IMG/VR virus record: IMGVR_UViG_3300046804_002051
Coordinates: 1 to 59,716 of that record
Strand: one strand, 5' to 3'
Length of the DNA stretch: 59,716 nucleotides
DNA from: a virus
Taxonomy: Duplodnaviria; Caudoviricetes
A model generated the notes under the pieces. It saw only the letters and a list, made by a program, of their open reading frames with translations, had not been told where the DNA came from and did no database searches. This document shows positions 45,868 to 56,100 of this stretch, in pieces (the first letter of the stretch is position 1; each line of letters starts with the position of its first letter). The position numbers and the translations under genes were made by a program.

Positions 45868-47220
45868 ATGAAAACATACTTGCATATTTTTGATATAGAA
45901 GCAGATGATAACGAGCTAATCATAAAGGTAGAACCTTTATATTGTGCTGAAGGAAGTGCATATTCATTTAATGTTACTCCTAATGATTATAATCCTACAA
46001 AAGGAGATAAATTGTATTTTCTACCAGGGGTTAATATTCCCAGAGTAAAACTTAAAGACTTGTCTCTACAACACGGTATTAAAACTGTAAGAGATGTAGA
46101 CCAAGCAACACATGTCTTTGTTGGTAAGAATACTAAAGATAAGATTGTAAATGGTCATTGGTATTATACAATGAATACTTCAGCTCTTAGAGCTATTCTT
46201 AATGATCCTGAGCTTGTAATGGATGATTATTATAAAGAAAATCTTACACAGGCTTTAGAGTTTTATACAGAACCAATTGTTATTGTAGATTATCATTCAG
46301 CAAGTGAATTAAGAAATTCAGAACTACCATTTGTAAAAAGATATATGATTGGTAATTTATCTAGATCATCAACTATATTTTATACTGTAGATGATGATCA
46401 CAAAGATTTATTTCCGGGTATTTTGAATCTAGAGCTTTATGATGAAAGTAAATTACTTAAACATATTAATGGTGATGATGCTGCTACTATAGATGAGACT
46501 ATGTTTCTGCAGATTTCTGATATGTTTAAGAGCTCAGATCAAGACAATCATATTCTTGCAATGGAGATTATGGCCAATTGTAATTATATTGACAGCCTCC
46601 TATATATAGAGATGTTGTTTGAAAAATATGAAAATCAGATGTATAGTTGTCATACTAAAAACCATGTGAATTTCAAGTCTTTACTTAGCTTTTTAGGTAA
46701 AAAGAGAACATACATGAATACTAGCATTGATGATGTTGTCAAGTCTCTTATAAATAAAGGAGTATTTGATATAGACAAAGTAAATGTCATTATGAAATAT
46801 TATGGTGAAGCAATTGCCAATCAAGGAGGTACTGATTATTTTGAAGTAAAAAGTTTAACTCTTAGTGAAGAAGCTGCAAAACTACTCAATACTAACTATG
46901 TTCATCAGACCTTCCCAGATTTTATTCCTGAAAGTGGTATAGAGGTTCCTGAAATACATGGAAACCTTGATGATTTAAACTGTGCAGAAATCATTTCTGC
47001 AGATTTGCCAGGGGAAAATGATGATGATATTATTTCTGATGAAGACATAGAAGAAGCATTTACTAGAATTGAGAGAAATGAACTCAAGTCAGAGTTAATA
47101 GCATTAGAAGAGGAAAAACAGGGTCCTAAAATAGAGACAAATAAAGAACCTGAGCCTGAAGAGGAAATAGATAATAATCAAACAACACAAACTAAAGATG
47201 ATGACTTTGAATGGTTCTGA
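45868..47220 (+). CDS. hypothetical protein with BRCT-like N-terminal segment, MFxSxDxDN motif and acidic tail
   Basis: KLYFLPG ... RVKLKDL ... GIKTVRDVDQATHVFVG; MFKSSDQDNHILA. Confidence 0.55.
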   Translation: MKTYLHIFDIEADDNELIIKVEPLYCAEGSAYSFNVTPNDYNPTKGDKLYFLPGVNIPRVKLKDLSLQHGIKTVRDVDQATHVFVGKNTKDKIVNGHWYYTMNTSALRAILNDPELVMDDYYKENLTQALEFYTEPIVIVDYHSASELRNSELPFVKRYMIGNLSRSSTIFYTVDDDHKDLFPGILNLELYDESKLLKHINGDDAATIDETMFLQISDMFKSSDQDNHILAMEIMANCNYIDSLLYIEMLFEKYENQMYSCHTKNHVNFKSLLSFLGKKRTYMNTSIDDVVKSLINKGVFDIDKVNVIMKYYGEAIANQGGTDYFEVKSLTLSEEAAKLLNTNYVHQTFPDFIPESGIEVPEIHGNLDDLNCAEIISADLPGENDDDIISDEDIEEAFTRIERNELKSELIALEEEKQGPKIETNKEPEPEEEIDNNQTTQTKDDDFEWF

Positions 47221-48211
47221 TGAGATGGAGAAATTCTATCAGAAGAAATTTTATTTTAGTTACAGTGGGTTGAATAAATTACTTTATTCTCCCGCAGCAT
47301 TCTATAATCATTATGTGCTCAACCAGAGAGAAGACAGTACAGACCCTCACCTTGTAGGAGGTAGGGTCTTGCACTGCCTTTTATTTGATCCTGAGAAGTA
47401 TGATGATTACTTTGTATCACTGCCGGGAAAACTTCCAAGTGATAATCCAAAGAAAATTATTGATAATATTTTTAGAATTCATCTTGGATATTCAAATAAT
47501 TCATTAATTTTGGAAGACTACTCAACAGATATACTCACACAGCTACTTACAGCAAATCTTTATCAGAATCTTAAAACAGATCAACAACGACTTGATAAGA
47601 TACTTACTGATGACCACAAAGAGTATTTTGAATTCCTTAAGAAAAGTCTAGACAAAACAGTAGTAGATGAACCTACTTTGAATGGCTGCAAAGCACAGGT
47701 TGAAATACTAAAATCTAATAGTGATGTAAGAGAACTATTAGCACTAGACTTAAACAAGGAAGACACTCACATTGAGACCCATAATGAGTTGCATATTAAG
47801 GTCGATCATGAGCAATTACCTTTTGGTTTACATGGAGTACTTGACAATGTTGTTATTGATAAAGAGGCAAAGATAATTTTTATCAATGACCTCAAAACAA
47901 CTGGTAAGTCTATCCAAGATTTCCCTGATGCAGTAGAATATTACAAGTATTGGATTCAAGCTGTAATATATGGTATTCTTGCTTCAGATAAATTTTTGAA
48001 AGACAGACCAGACAAAGATGACTGGGAAGTTCAAGTAACCTTCATTGTAATTGACAAATACAATTTAGTTTATCCTTTCCAAGTCTCAAAAGAAACAATG
48101 AGTCAGTGGAAAAGTGATTTCGGACAAGTTTTAAGAATTGCTAGATGGCATTATAAAAACAAAAGATATGATCTACCATATGACTTAGCAGTAGGTAATA
48201 TTAAATTGTAG
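47198..48211 (+). CDS. RecE/ExoVIII-like PD-(D/E)XK exonuclease
   Basis: FSYSGL, GRVLHCLL, GVLDNV, INDLKTT, YWIQAVIY; start may be a later ATG (MEKFY). Confidence 0.8.
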   Translation: MMTLNGSDEMEKFYQKKFYFSYSGLNKLLYSPAAFYNHYVLNQREDSTDPHLVGGRVLHCLLFDPEKYDDYFVSLPGKLPSDNPKKIIDNIFRIHLGYSNNSLILEDYSTDILTQLLTANLYQNLKTDQQRLDKILTDDHKEYFEFLKKSLDKTVVDEPTLNGCKAQVEILKSNSDVRELLALDLNKEDTHIETHNELHIKVDHEQLPFGLHGVLDNVVIDKEAKIIFINDLKTTGKSIQDFPDAVEYYKYWIQAVIYGILASDKFLKDRPDKDDWEVQVTFIVIDKYNLVYPFQVSKETMSQWKSDFGQVLRIARWHYKNKRYDLPYDLAVGNIKL

Positions 48212-48216
48212 ATTTT

Positions 48217-48813
48217 ATGGCTTTAAATTCTGTTTATAGGAAGTACTTTCAAAAGTCCAAGGTGTTTTTATATCCGATCTTGGGCATTAAAAGAGGTGTA
48301 AGTGTTGTTCCAATTGAAACTTATGTAAGTTGGAAAGGATATTACAACTCTGAGGATATGAAATTAATATGTGTTTATGATGTAAGAACAGATGACGAGT
48401 ATAAACAATTTGAAAAGAATGTTTTACTTAATCATAACAGACTAAATGACTATGTAAAAGTAGGTAATCAAGCAGTTCTTACATTTGATATGGCTGATTT
48501 AGGGGATGACTGGTTCCATTTTATAAATGGAAGATACAGTAAAATAAGTATGAATTTAAAGCAAAAAATCCTTAACTTTTTTGACAAATACAGTGGTAAT
48601 TATGCTTATATGCACAGTTATTTAATACCTGAAAAGTATTTTAGTAATTATGCAGAAATTTTGGGTGTAGAACCAGAAATGTTAATGCAAGTGGGAGAGT
48701 TATGTACTAAGCCTGATGTGGAAAAAGAAACTTTATTTCTAGAACCTGCAGACTTAGGTGATCTAAGTGAAAATAAATTATTAAATTTGTCAAAACCAAC
48801 AGAAAATGAATGA
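48217..48813 (+). CDS. hypothetical protein
   Basis: 198-aa ORF. Confidence 0.7.
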   Translation: MALNSVYRKYFQKSKVFLYPILGIKRGVSVVPIETYVSWKGYYNSEDMKLICVYDVRTDDEYKQFEKNVLLNHNRLNDYVKVGNQAVLTFDMADLGDDWFHFINGRYSKISMNLKQKILNFFDKYSGNYAYMHSYLIPEKYFSNYAEILGVEPEMLMQVGELCTKPDVEKETLFLEPADLGDLSENKLLNLSKPTENE

Positions 48814-49159
48814 ATCAATGATGTTAGTTCAGGCCACATGGCAAGAACAACAAACCTTTAGACTGATCCCTATTAAAGATGAATGCCCATATGTGGAATG
48901 TATCTTCGATCCAGGGACAAAAGTATTTGTAATTATCTCTAAAATTAAGAAGACATCTCTTCACATGCTTCCTAAACTTGATGAATATGGTCAAGCTGTA
49001 TCAGGAACAAAAGGTATGAAACAAGAGAGACACAAGATTGAAGTGTTTCAAGAGTTTTATGTAGAAGATGCTTCTGCTATTGAAGAATTAATCAAAACTT
49101 TTGCAGTAAATGCAAAGAAGTTTGATTATAAGAAGTTTATGTCTTCGGAGCCTGCATAA
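48806..49159 (+). CDS. hypothetical protein
   Basis: 117 aa; upstream TAAATTTG promoter element at 48782. Confidence 0.7.
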   Translation: MNESMMLVQATWQEQQTFRLIPIKDECPYVECIFDPGTKVFVIISKIKKTSLHMLPKLDEYGQAVSGTKGMKQERHKIEVFQEFYVEDASAIEELIKTFAVNAKKFDYKKFMSSEPA

Positions 49160-49176
49160 ACATTTGCAATTAGTTT

Positions 49177-49210
49177 AAAAAGAGGGTGGGTACCAAGCAC
49201 CCTCTTTTTT
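49177..49210 (+). terminator. intrinsic terminator
   Basis: AAAAAGAGGGTG/CACCCTCTTTTT. Confidence 0.8.
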
Positions 49211-49249
49211 ATTTATTAAATGGGGGAACAGCTTAACTGAACTTATGGT

Positions 49250-51148
49250 ATGAGAACACATTGGGTAATGGACTACGAAACTCTTAGTAATTGTTTTGTA
49301 GCAGTCTTTGAAGACGTAAAGTCTGAACACACAGAAGTATTTGTTTGTCACGAATCCAGAAATGATATATTAGAACTAGTTACTTTTCTAGAAAGAAACG
49401 TGACCCTTAATGAGTGGCATGTTAGTTTTAATGGTCTTGCATTTGACAGCCAGATTACTGAACATATTCTCCGGAATAAAGAGCAATTACTAGAACAAGA
49501 TGGTGATACAATTGCTAGATTTCTGTATGACAAATCACAGTCAGTTATTGGTAGATCTCGAGACGGAGAATTTCCTGAATTTGGTTCTAGAGACTTAAGT
49601 ATTAGACAGATTGATATATTTAAACTCAATCACTGGGACAACCCAGCAAAAAGATCTAGTCTTAAATGGATTCAGTATACAATGGATTGGAAAAACATTA
49701 TGGACATGCCAATTCATCACAGTTTCCATGTAGTAGAATCTGAGATAGAAATGATTATTAAGTATTGTATTAATGATGTGAGATCTACTAAACAGATCAT
49801 GCATCTGAGTAAAGAACAAATTAATCTGAGGAGAGCTCTTACAGAAGAATATGACATAGATTTGTTCTCGGCCTCTGAGCCAAGAATATCTAAAGAGTTA
49901 TTTCTTCATTTCTTGAGTAACTCTACTAGAATTAGAAAGTCTCAATTAAGACAGATGAGAACTAGTAGAGAGCAGATTATATTTAAGGATATTATTCTAC
50001 CTTATATTAGCTTTGAGACAGCAACATTTCAAAATCTTTTAAAGAAGTTTGAAGGTGTTGTATTGTATCCTGGCCAAACAAAAGGTGGATTTAAATATTC
50101 TGTCCAATATAAAGGAGTTAAAACTGATTATGGTCTTGGTGGTATCCATGGTGCTAGAGCAAGTAAAGTTTATAATGCAACTGAAGATATGGTTATTATG
50201 ACTTCAGATGTTACAAGTTTTTATCCTAATCTAGCTATCAGAAATGGATGGGCACCAGCACATTTACCTAAAGAAGAATTTTGTGAACAATATGAATGGT
50301 TTTTTGAAGAAAGAAAAAAGATCCCAAAATCAGATCCACGTAATTATGTATACAAGATTATTTTGAATTCAACTTATGGACTCAGCAATGATGAGAACAG
50401 CTTCCTATATGATCCACAGTTTACTATGAGTATAACTATCAATGGTCAGTTATCTTTGACTATGTTGTATGAGATGATTTGTGAAGGTATACCCGGAGCA
50501 ATTCCTCTAATGCAGAATACAGATGGTCTTGAGACAATGATACCTAGAGAGTATGTAGACAAGTATATGGAGATTTGTAAAATATGGGAAGGTATTACTA
50601 AACTAGAACTAGAACATGATACATATTCTAAGTTAGTTCTTGGTGATGTCAATAACTATATTGCTGTTACTGAAAAAGGTAAATCCAAATGTAAAGGTAG
50701 ATTTGAGTATGATAATCTAGCCCTTCATAAAAACAAAAGCTTTTTGATTATTCCTAAAGCACTACATGCATATTTTGTTGAAGGTGTTAAACCTGAAAAG
50801 TTTATAAAAGAAAATCTAAACATTTTTGATTTTTGTGGTGGTGTCAAGATAAAAGGAGATTGGACATTTACAGAACGTAAAATAGAACTTGGAGAGTATA
50901 GTGAAGAAAAACTCCAAGAAACTATTAGGTATTATATCTCTAAACAGGGCTCTAAAATTATTAAGAAACATAACAGTGACGGGAGAGAGATACAGGTTGA
51001 GGCCGGTAGATGGTTGCAGAAACTTCTTATAAATTATGAAGATAAACCATTTGAAGAATATGATATTAATTATGATTATTATCTAGAGAAGATTAGAAAA
51101 GAAATAGAATCTCTAGATCCAAGTACAAATCAATTAAGTTTATTTTAA
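49250..51148 (+). CDS. polB: DNA polymerase family B with 3'-5' exonuclease
   Basis: DYET, SFNGLAFD, YCINDV (exo); SDVTSFYP, KIILNSTYG, QNTDG, NNY (pol). Confidence 0.93.
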   Translation: MRTHWVMDYETLSNCFVAVFEDVKSEHTEVFVCHESRNDILELVTFLERNVTLNEWHVSFNGLAFDSQITEHILRNKEQLLEQDGDTIARFLYDKSQSVIGRSRDGEFPEFGSRDLSIRQIDIFKLNHWDNPAKRSSLKWIQYTMDWKNIMDMPIHHSFHVVESEIEMIIKYCINDVRSTKQIMHLSKEQINLRRALTEEYDIDLFSASEPRISKELFLHFLSNSTRIRKSQLRQMRTSREQIIFKDIILPYISFETATFQNLLKKFEGVVLYPGQTKGGFKYSVQYKGVKTDYGLGGIHGARASKVYNATEDMVIMTSDVTSFYPNLAIRNGWAPAHLPKEEFCEQYEWFFEERKKIPKSDPRNYVYKIILNSTYGLSNDENSFLYDPQFTMSITINGQLSLTMLYEMICEGIPGAIPLMQNTDGLETMIPREYVDKYMEICKIWEGITKLELEHDTYSKLVLGDVNNYIAVTEKGKSKCKGRFEYDNLALHKNKSFLIIPKALHAYFVEGVKPEKFIKENLNIFDFCGGVKIKGDWTFTERKIELGEYSEEKLQETIRYYISKQGSKIIKKHNSDGREIQVEAGRWLQKLLINYEDKPFEEYDINYDYYLEKIRKEIESLDPSTNQLSLF

Positions 51149-51150
51149 TT

Positions 51151-52371
51151 ATGCCAAAGAAAATACAAAACACAACAAAGGCACATTTAGTAAGTGTGCC
51201 TTTACCAAATCATGCTGCTACTTATACTGTTATAAGTCACCAGTTTGTAATTGATTATGCTTACCAATCCCTTGCTGCTGCAGGATTTGGGATTGTAGAT
51301 GAGGAGTACAGATGTACTGCCGATGGACAGATTGCCCAGGGAATTTATAAACTAAACTTTAATAATGACCCTGAGTTGTCAATGATGTTTGCTTGGACAA
51401 ACAGTTATAATAAACAAGTAAAGTTTAAATGTGTAGTTGGTGCTTATATAAACAATAGTGGTTCTGTTATGATTTCTGGAGAAGTTGGTAGCTGGGTTAG
51501 AAAACATACAGGTACTGCAGATACAGAGACAAAAGATACTATTGATCAGTATATTACTAATGCACATATGTATTATACTCAATTGTGTTCTGATAAAGCT
51601 GCTATGCAAACAGTAACCTTAAATAGGAGGAAACAGTCTCAATTACTTGGTGTTCTATTTGCTGAGTATGAGATTCTTACTACTGAGCAGGCTAGTATGA
51701 TTAGAGATCAAATGAAAAGACCACAACAAGTATTTGCTAATACTGATAGTTTATGGGCCTTCTATAACTTTGTAACTAATGCATTACAGTCATCACATCC
51801 TAAGACTTGGATGGAAGACCAAAGAATCTTGCATTACTTTATAGGGACAATTTGTGACTTTAGTCAACCAGTTCAACCAGTTGTTACACAAATACCTCTT
51901 ATCCCAGTTGTAGATCCTTTATATGCAGATCCAAATCAAACTAATATTCTTGATCAGATTGCTGATATAGAAGCAGACCAAATGGATGAAGATGTTAGAT
52001 ATGCTGCAGCTGAAGAAGATGTATTAACTGAAGATGGTATTGAAGTTACAGAAGAGGAATTACCATGGGATAATGATGAAGTAGTAGGTTACACTGATCC
52101 GGACGGCAATACTTTTGAGGCACCCATAGTAGATAAAACATTTACTGAAGAAGTTACTGAAGCTATAGGTCAAAAGTTTGAAACTGATGCTGAAGAATTA
52201 GTATGGGGTAAAGAAGTTAAAATTGATACAATTGATCTTAATGAAACTACTAAACAAGCAGTAATAGTAGAAGAGAACTTAGACGATGCTTTTGCTGAAG
52301 AAGACAACTTTGATCTAGACTTTACAGACGATACTGAAGAAGATAAGGATTCAATTCCTGACTTCTTTTAG
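51151..52371 (+). CDS. DUF932-like protein with long acidic tail
   Basis: YTVISH ... NSYNKQ ... RKHTG ... SLWAFYNFVTNAL; D/E-rich C-terminus ending IPDFF. Confidence 0.6.
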   Translation: MPKKIQNTTKAHLVSVPLPNHAATYTVISHQFVIDYAYQSLAAAGFGIVDEEYRCTADGQIAQGIYKLNFNNDPELSMMFAWTNSYNKQVKFKCVVGAYINNSGSVMISGEVGSWVRKHTGTADTETKDTIDQYITNAHMYYTQLCSDKAAMQTVTLNRRKQSQLLGVLFAEYEILTTEQASMIRDQMKRPQQVFANTDSLWAFYNFVTNALQSSHPKTWMEDQRILHYFIGTICDFSQPVQPVVTQIPLIPVVDPLYADPNQTNILDQIADIEADQMDEDVRYAAAEEDVLTEDGIEVTEEELPWDNDEVVGYTDPDGNTFEAPIVDKTFTEEVTEAIGQKFETDAEELVWGKEVKIDTIDLNETTKQAVIVEENLDDAFAEEDNFDLDFTDDTEEDKDSIPDFF

Positions 52372-52390
52372 TGATGAATAATTATCAATC

Positions 52391-52422
52391 AAGGGGGTAG
52401 CTTCGGCTATCCCCTTTTTTTT
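52391..52422 (+). terminator. intrinsic terminator
   Basis: AAGGGGGTAGC-TTCG-GCTATCCCCTT plus T run. Confidence 0.85.
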
Positions 52423-52436
52423 CTTAACTTAGTATT

Positions 52437-52859
52437 ATGGAAAAACAATTACAAGCAGTGGCAGAGTTCCACAAAGCATTTGGTCAAAAAGATGGTAAAT
52501 GGCCACAACTATTACCAACCTCAGAGTTTGATCTGAGACATACTCTTATGAAAGAAGAGAATGATGAATACTTAGAAGCATGTTATAACAAATCACTAGT
52601 AGAAATTGCTGATGCATTAGGGGACCAGTTATACATTTTATGTGGTACAATTCTTAAACACGGTATGCAACATATTATACTTGATGTATTCAATGAAATT
52701 CAAGCAAGTAATATGAGTAAGTTAGGTGATGATGGTAAACCTGTTCTTAGAGAAGATGGGAAGATTCTTAAAGGACCTGGATATTTTAGACCAGATTTAA
52801 GTAAGTTTATTAAAGTTGAGACAGATGCATCCAGTAACATTCAGGAAAGCAATGATTGA
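52437..52859 (+). CDS. MazG-like NTP pyrophosphohydrolase (PRA-PH family)
   Basis: VAEFHKAFG, EENDE, EIADALGD, SNMSK, REDGKILK. Confidence 0.88.
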   Translation: MEKQLQAVAEFHKAFGQKDGKWPQLLPTSEFDLRHTLMKEENDEYLEACYNKSLVEIADALGDQLYILCGTILKHGMQHIILDVFNEIQASNMSKLGDDGKPVLREDGKILKGPGYFRPDLSKFIKVETDASSNIQESND

Positions 52860-52998
52860 AGCATACCTTGCAGGTGCAGCTTCTATAGTTGAATCAGGAT
52901 CACATGAGTATCCTTCTAAAGAAGAAGCCAAAGATTGGTTTGATAATGAATATGGAACACAACAGTCAGAAGAATGTGACTGCTGTGAAGAAGATTAA
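52816..52998 (+). CDS. small hypothetical protein
   Basis: 60 aa; true start probably MHPVT. Confidence 0.55.
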   Translation: MRQMHPVTFRKAMIEAYLAGAASIVESGSHEYPSKEEAKDWFDNEYGTQQSEECDCCEED

Positions 52999-53000
52999 AT

Positions 53001-53030
53001 GGGAGAGCCTTCGGGTTCTCCCTTTTTTTT
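53001..53030 (+). terminator. terminator at the convergence of the two transcription blocks
   Basis: GGGAGAGCC-TTCG-GGTTCTCCC plus T8. Confidence 0.85.
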
Positions 53031-53169
53031 ACCGTCCTTGTGCTCTATAAGTCTTTTTATAGTTCTTACTATTTTTAGACTTAGAAGTCTTTGTTTTAGC
53101 ATGCACTCCTGGTCTTGATACCTTTGGTTTAATGTATGCTTTTACTGTTGATGTTGTTGTCTTTGCCAT
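53029..53169 (-). CDS. 46-aa highly basic peptide (MAKTTTSTVKAYIKPKVSRPGVHAKTKTSKSKNSKNYKKTYRAQGR)
   Basis: translated by hand; starts 1 nt after the stop of the giant gene; no acidic residues. Confidence 0.75.
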   Translation of the reverse strand: MAKTTTSTVKAYIKPKVSRPGVHAKTKTSKSKNSKNYKKTYRAQGR

Positions 53170-53170
53170 T

Positions 53171-56100
53171 TTAATTTCCTTTAGCTTGGTTTTTAAACTG
53201 ATTTTCAAATGATGTTACTGGATCTCCAGTAGAGCCAGTAAATCCTACTGCTTTTCCTAATTTATTCCATAATTTTAAATCTCCTTTCTCTTTCCATGAG
53301 TAAGGACCTGTGTCACGTTTATATCTATCCATTTCAGAGAAAGTAACAAAATCTAATACATCTCCAAAGATATCAATATAAAGAACAATAGTATTATACC
53401 ATGCACTTGTTGTTTGAGTTAGCATTTTTGTATAATCATCTGCTCCAAAATTTACTCCTTTTATAGATGGAAGTGGAACAAAGGCAGAGGTTTCTGCTTG
53501 TACACCCATCATTAATAATAACATGTGATTTGACATAAATCCATATGTATTAAAAGTATCTTGATTAATTGCACCGGATTTACCTCTTAGTTTTTTCCAT
53601 TTTTCATCATCATCTGGATCAAATCCAAATATCATTAGACCCAACAATGCAAGACCAATTGCAAAGAATGCTTCAGTAGAAAGTTTTCTAACTGCAGTTT
53701 TTTCTTGATCTGTGAGATAATTATAATTTCTAAAACCTGATTTTAATGTCTTTAACATTGCTTGAAATGCTGTAATATAAAATCCTTTTCCATATGATGT
53801 AGTTGCCCAATCATATCTCTCACCACCTCGTGTCCAACCAATAGTTTTGGAATCAAATCCGAATCTATTCATCAACATAGGAGTAAACCATTTTCTCATG
53901 AAGAAGAACATTCTATAGAGAAGTAGTTTATTACCTTCAGGTTGACCCATTTCATCATAAGCTCCAAACAATTTACGGGACGTACCTTGTATTCTATTTT
54001 TTAATCCCATAAATAACTCTGACTTAGATATAATAAGTTCTTGACCATCTTCAAGCTGCACTTCAGATTTAATTCTGTTCTTAGCTTTTAATTCTTCTAC
54101 AGGAATATAATATTTCTTAGCAATACTTTCAAGACTTTCACCTTTGGTATATTCATGATATACTGGTAAGTTACTCCATCCTGGATGTATACCCGGTTTC
54201 AATCTGATGATACCTTCTTCATCTTTTTCCCAAGCTTCAATATATCTTAAAGTCTTTTTAGAACCATCACTCATAACTTGTTCTACTTTTTGACCATACA
54301 TGAAGGCTCCAAATAAAGACATTGCAACTTGCATCTCACCAAACTTTCTGTGCATGTACATCCACTCCATATTAACAAGATCTTTTATCATAGATCTTTC
54401 TACTTCTCTACCAAATTCATCTTTAGTTTTGAAGTTAGGATCAAAAATTTGTACAAGTTGAGTTGATATGGCTCCAGGTCCAGTTTGGTAAATACCTTTT
54501 GTACTCCATTCTAACATAGCTTTTTCTGCCCAAGGTCTTGCTAATGCAATATCTTTAAGATTTATAAACTCGGCACCTGAACCTTCAATAATTAACTGTA
54601 CATATGCACCATACTTGTTTTTTAAATCTGATGGAAGATTGACAGCTAATGAACCTCTGGCTGATAAACCTTGTATTGTATTTACCCATTTACTAAATTG
54701 TGGATGAGTTTCTTCAATACCCTCAACCATTTTACCATGATATTCTCTTTCAATAAGTGATTTAACTTGACCAAGACGGTTGTTAGTTGCAAATTTTTTC
54801 TTTGCAAATGTTAGAGCTCCTTTTAAACTATAAATATTTTTATCAAACTTTTCTAAGTCTTTTGGAGCATTATCAGGATCTTCTAATGTATCTAGTATGG
54901 AATTAACAAGAGGTAAACTCTCTAAGAGTTTTCCCTGTGTCTGAATAGACAATGCATACTTAAACAGACCCTGGAATATATCAGCATCTTGATTTTCTAT
55001 TTCAAGATTATAAATACCAGATACTGGAATATAACTAATTTGATTACCATCAAGATCCGTATTAACTAAGTTATTATTTGGATCATAGTTAAACTCATTA
55101 GCAAGTGCATACTTATCAGATGTTCTTTCAGAGTCTGTAACTGATCTACCAATTAACTGTTTAGTCCATTCTTTAATGTTACTTCCAATTTCAGAAAATC
55201 TAGAACCATAACTTGCTTTTTGTAATGATTGCCAGATATCTCCTTTTTTAATTGAATATCTTGGCATGTCAAGGTAGAGTTTACTATAGTTACTCATACC
55301 TTTCTGATTCTGTAGATGATATTCTTTGATTGCTTCGAGTAATTCAAACTCTGCAGAGTTACTTGCTTGCATTTGAAAATATCTCTCATTCATAAATCTA
55401 TTATCCTTAGCACTGTATTTTTGGCCAGGTTGGAACATTCTTGGTAGCCATTGATTTTTATTATCAACATATTTACCAACGTAATCTTCTTTAGAAGCAG
55501 CAAAAGGAATTGTTCTATATTGATCTTTAACTTCATATCTTGAATGTCTAGCATTTGGAACACCCATTAAAACAACTTCATTACCTTCTCTATCAAGAAT
55601 TTTTGTAAACTTAATATAACTTGAGTCTCTTGGAATTGCTACACTATTTGCTTTTGTTCTTTTATATTTTGGAACATAACCTCTTGATTTTTTATCATAT
55701 ACATTAATTGTATAATGATTAAGATTAAACCATTCTTTAAATCCTTCATCAGCATCTAATATATCTTGAAACTCATCAGAGTTAATATACTCATCAATTT
55801 CATCTGCATCAAGTTCTTTAATGTTTTGTTTAGATAAATTATAGTTTAATGCTTCTATGTAATGTGTAGTAGGTAAATTTTCAGTAAGCTCAGATAATTC
55901 AGAAAATATTTCTTGTATTCTTGCAGCATCTGCAGGATTAATACCTTCTTTTTCCTGCATATCTAATAGATAAAAATATCTTCTAGATTCTGCAGAACCA
56001 GCTTGTAATAATCCTTTTCTTGCCTTATATGATAATTCATTTAACTCCTCGGCATCTTCTTTAGAGAGACCGGTGGACATATCATATTGAAACTTGAAGT

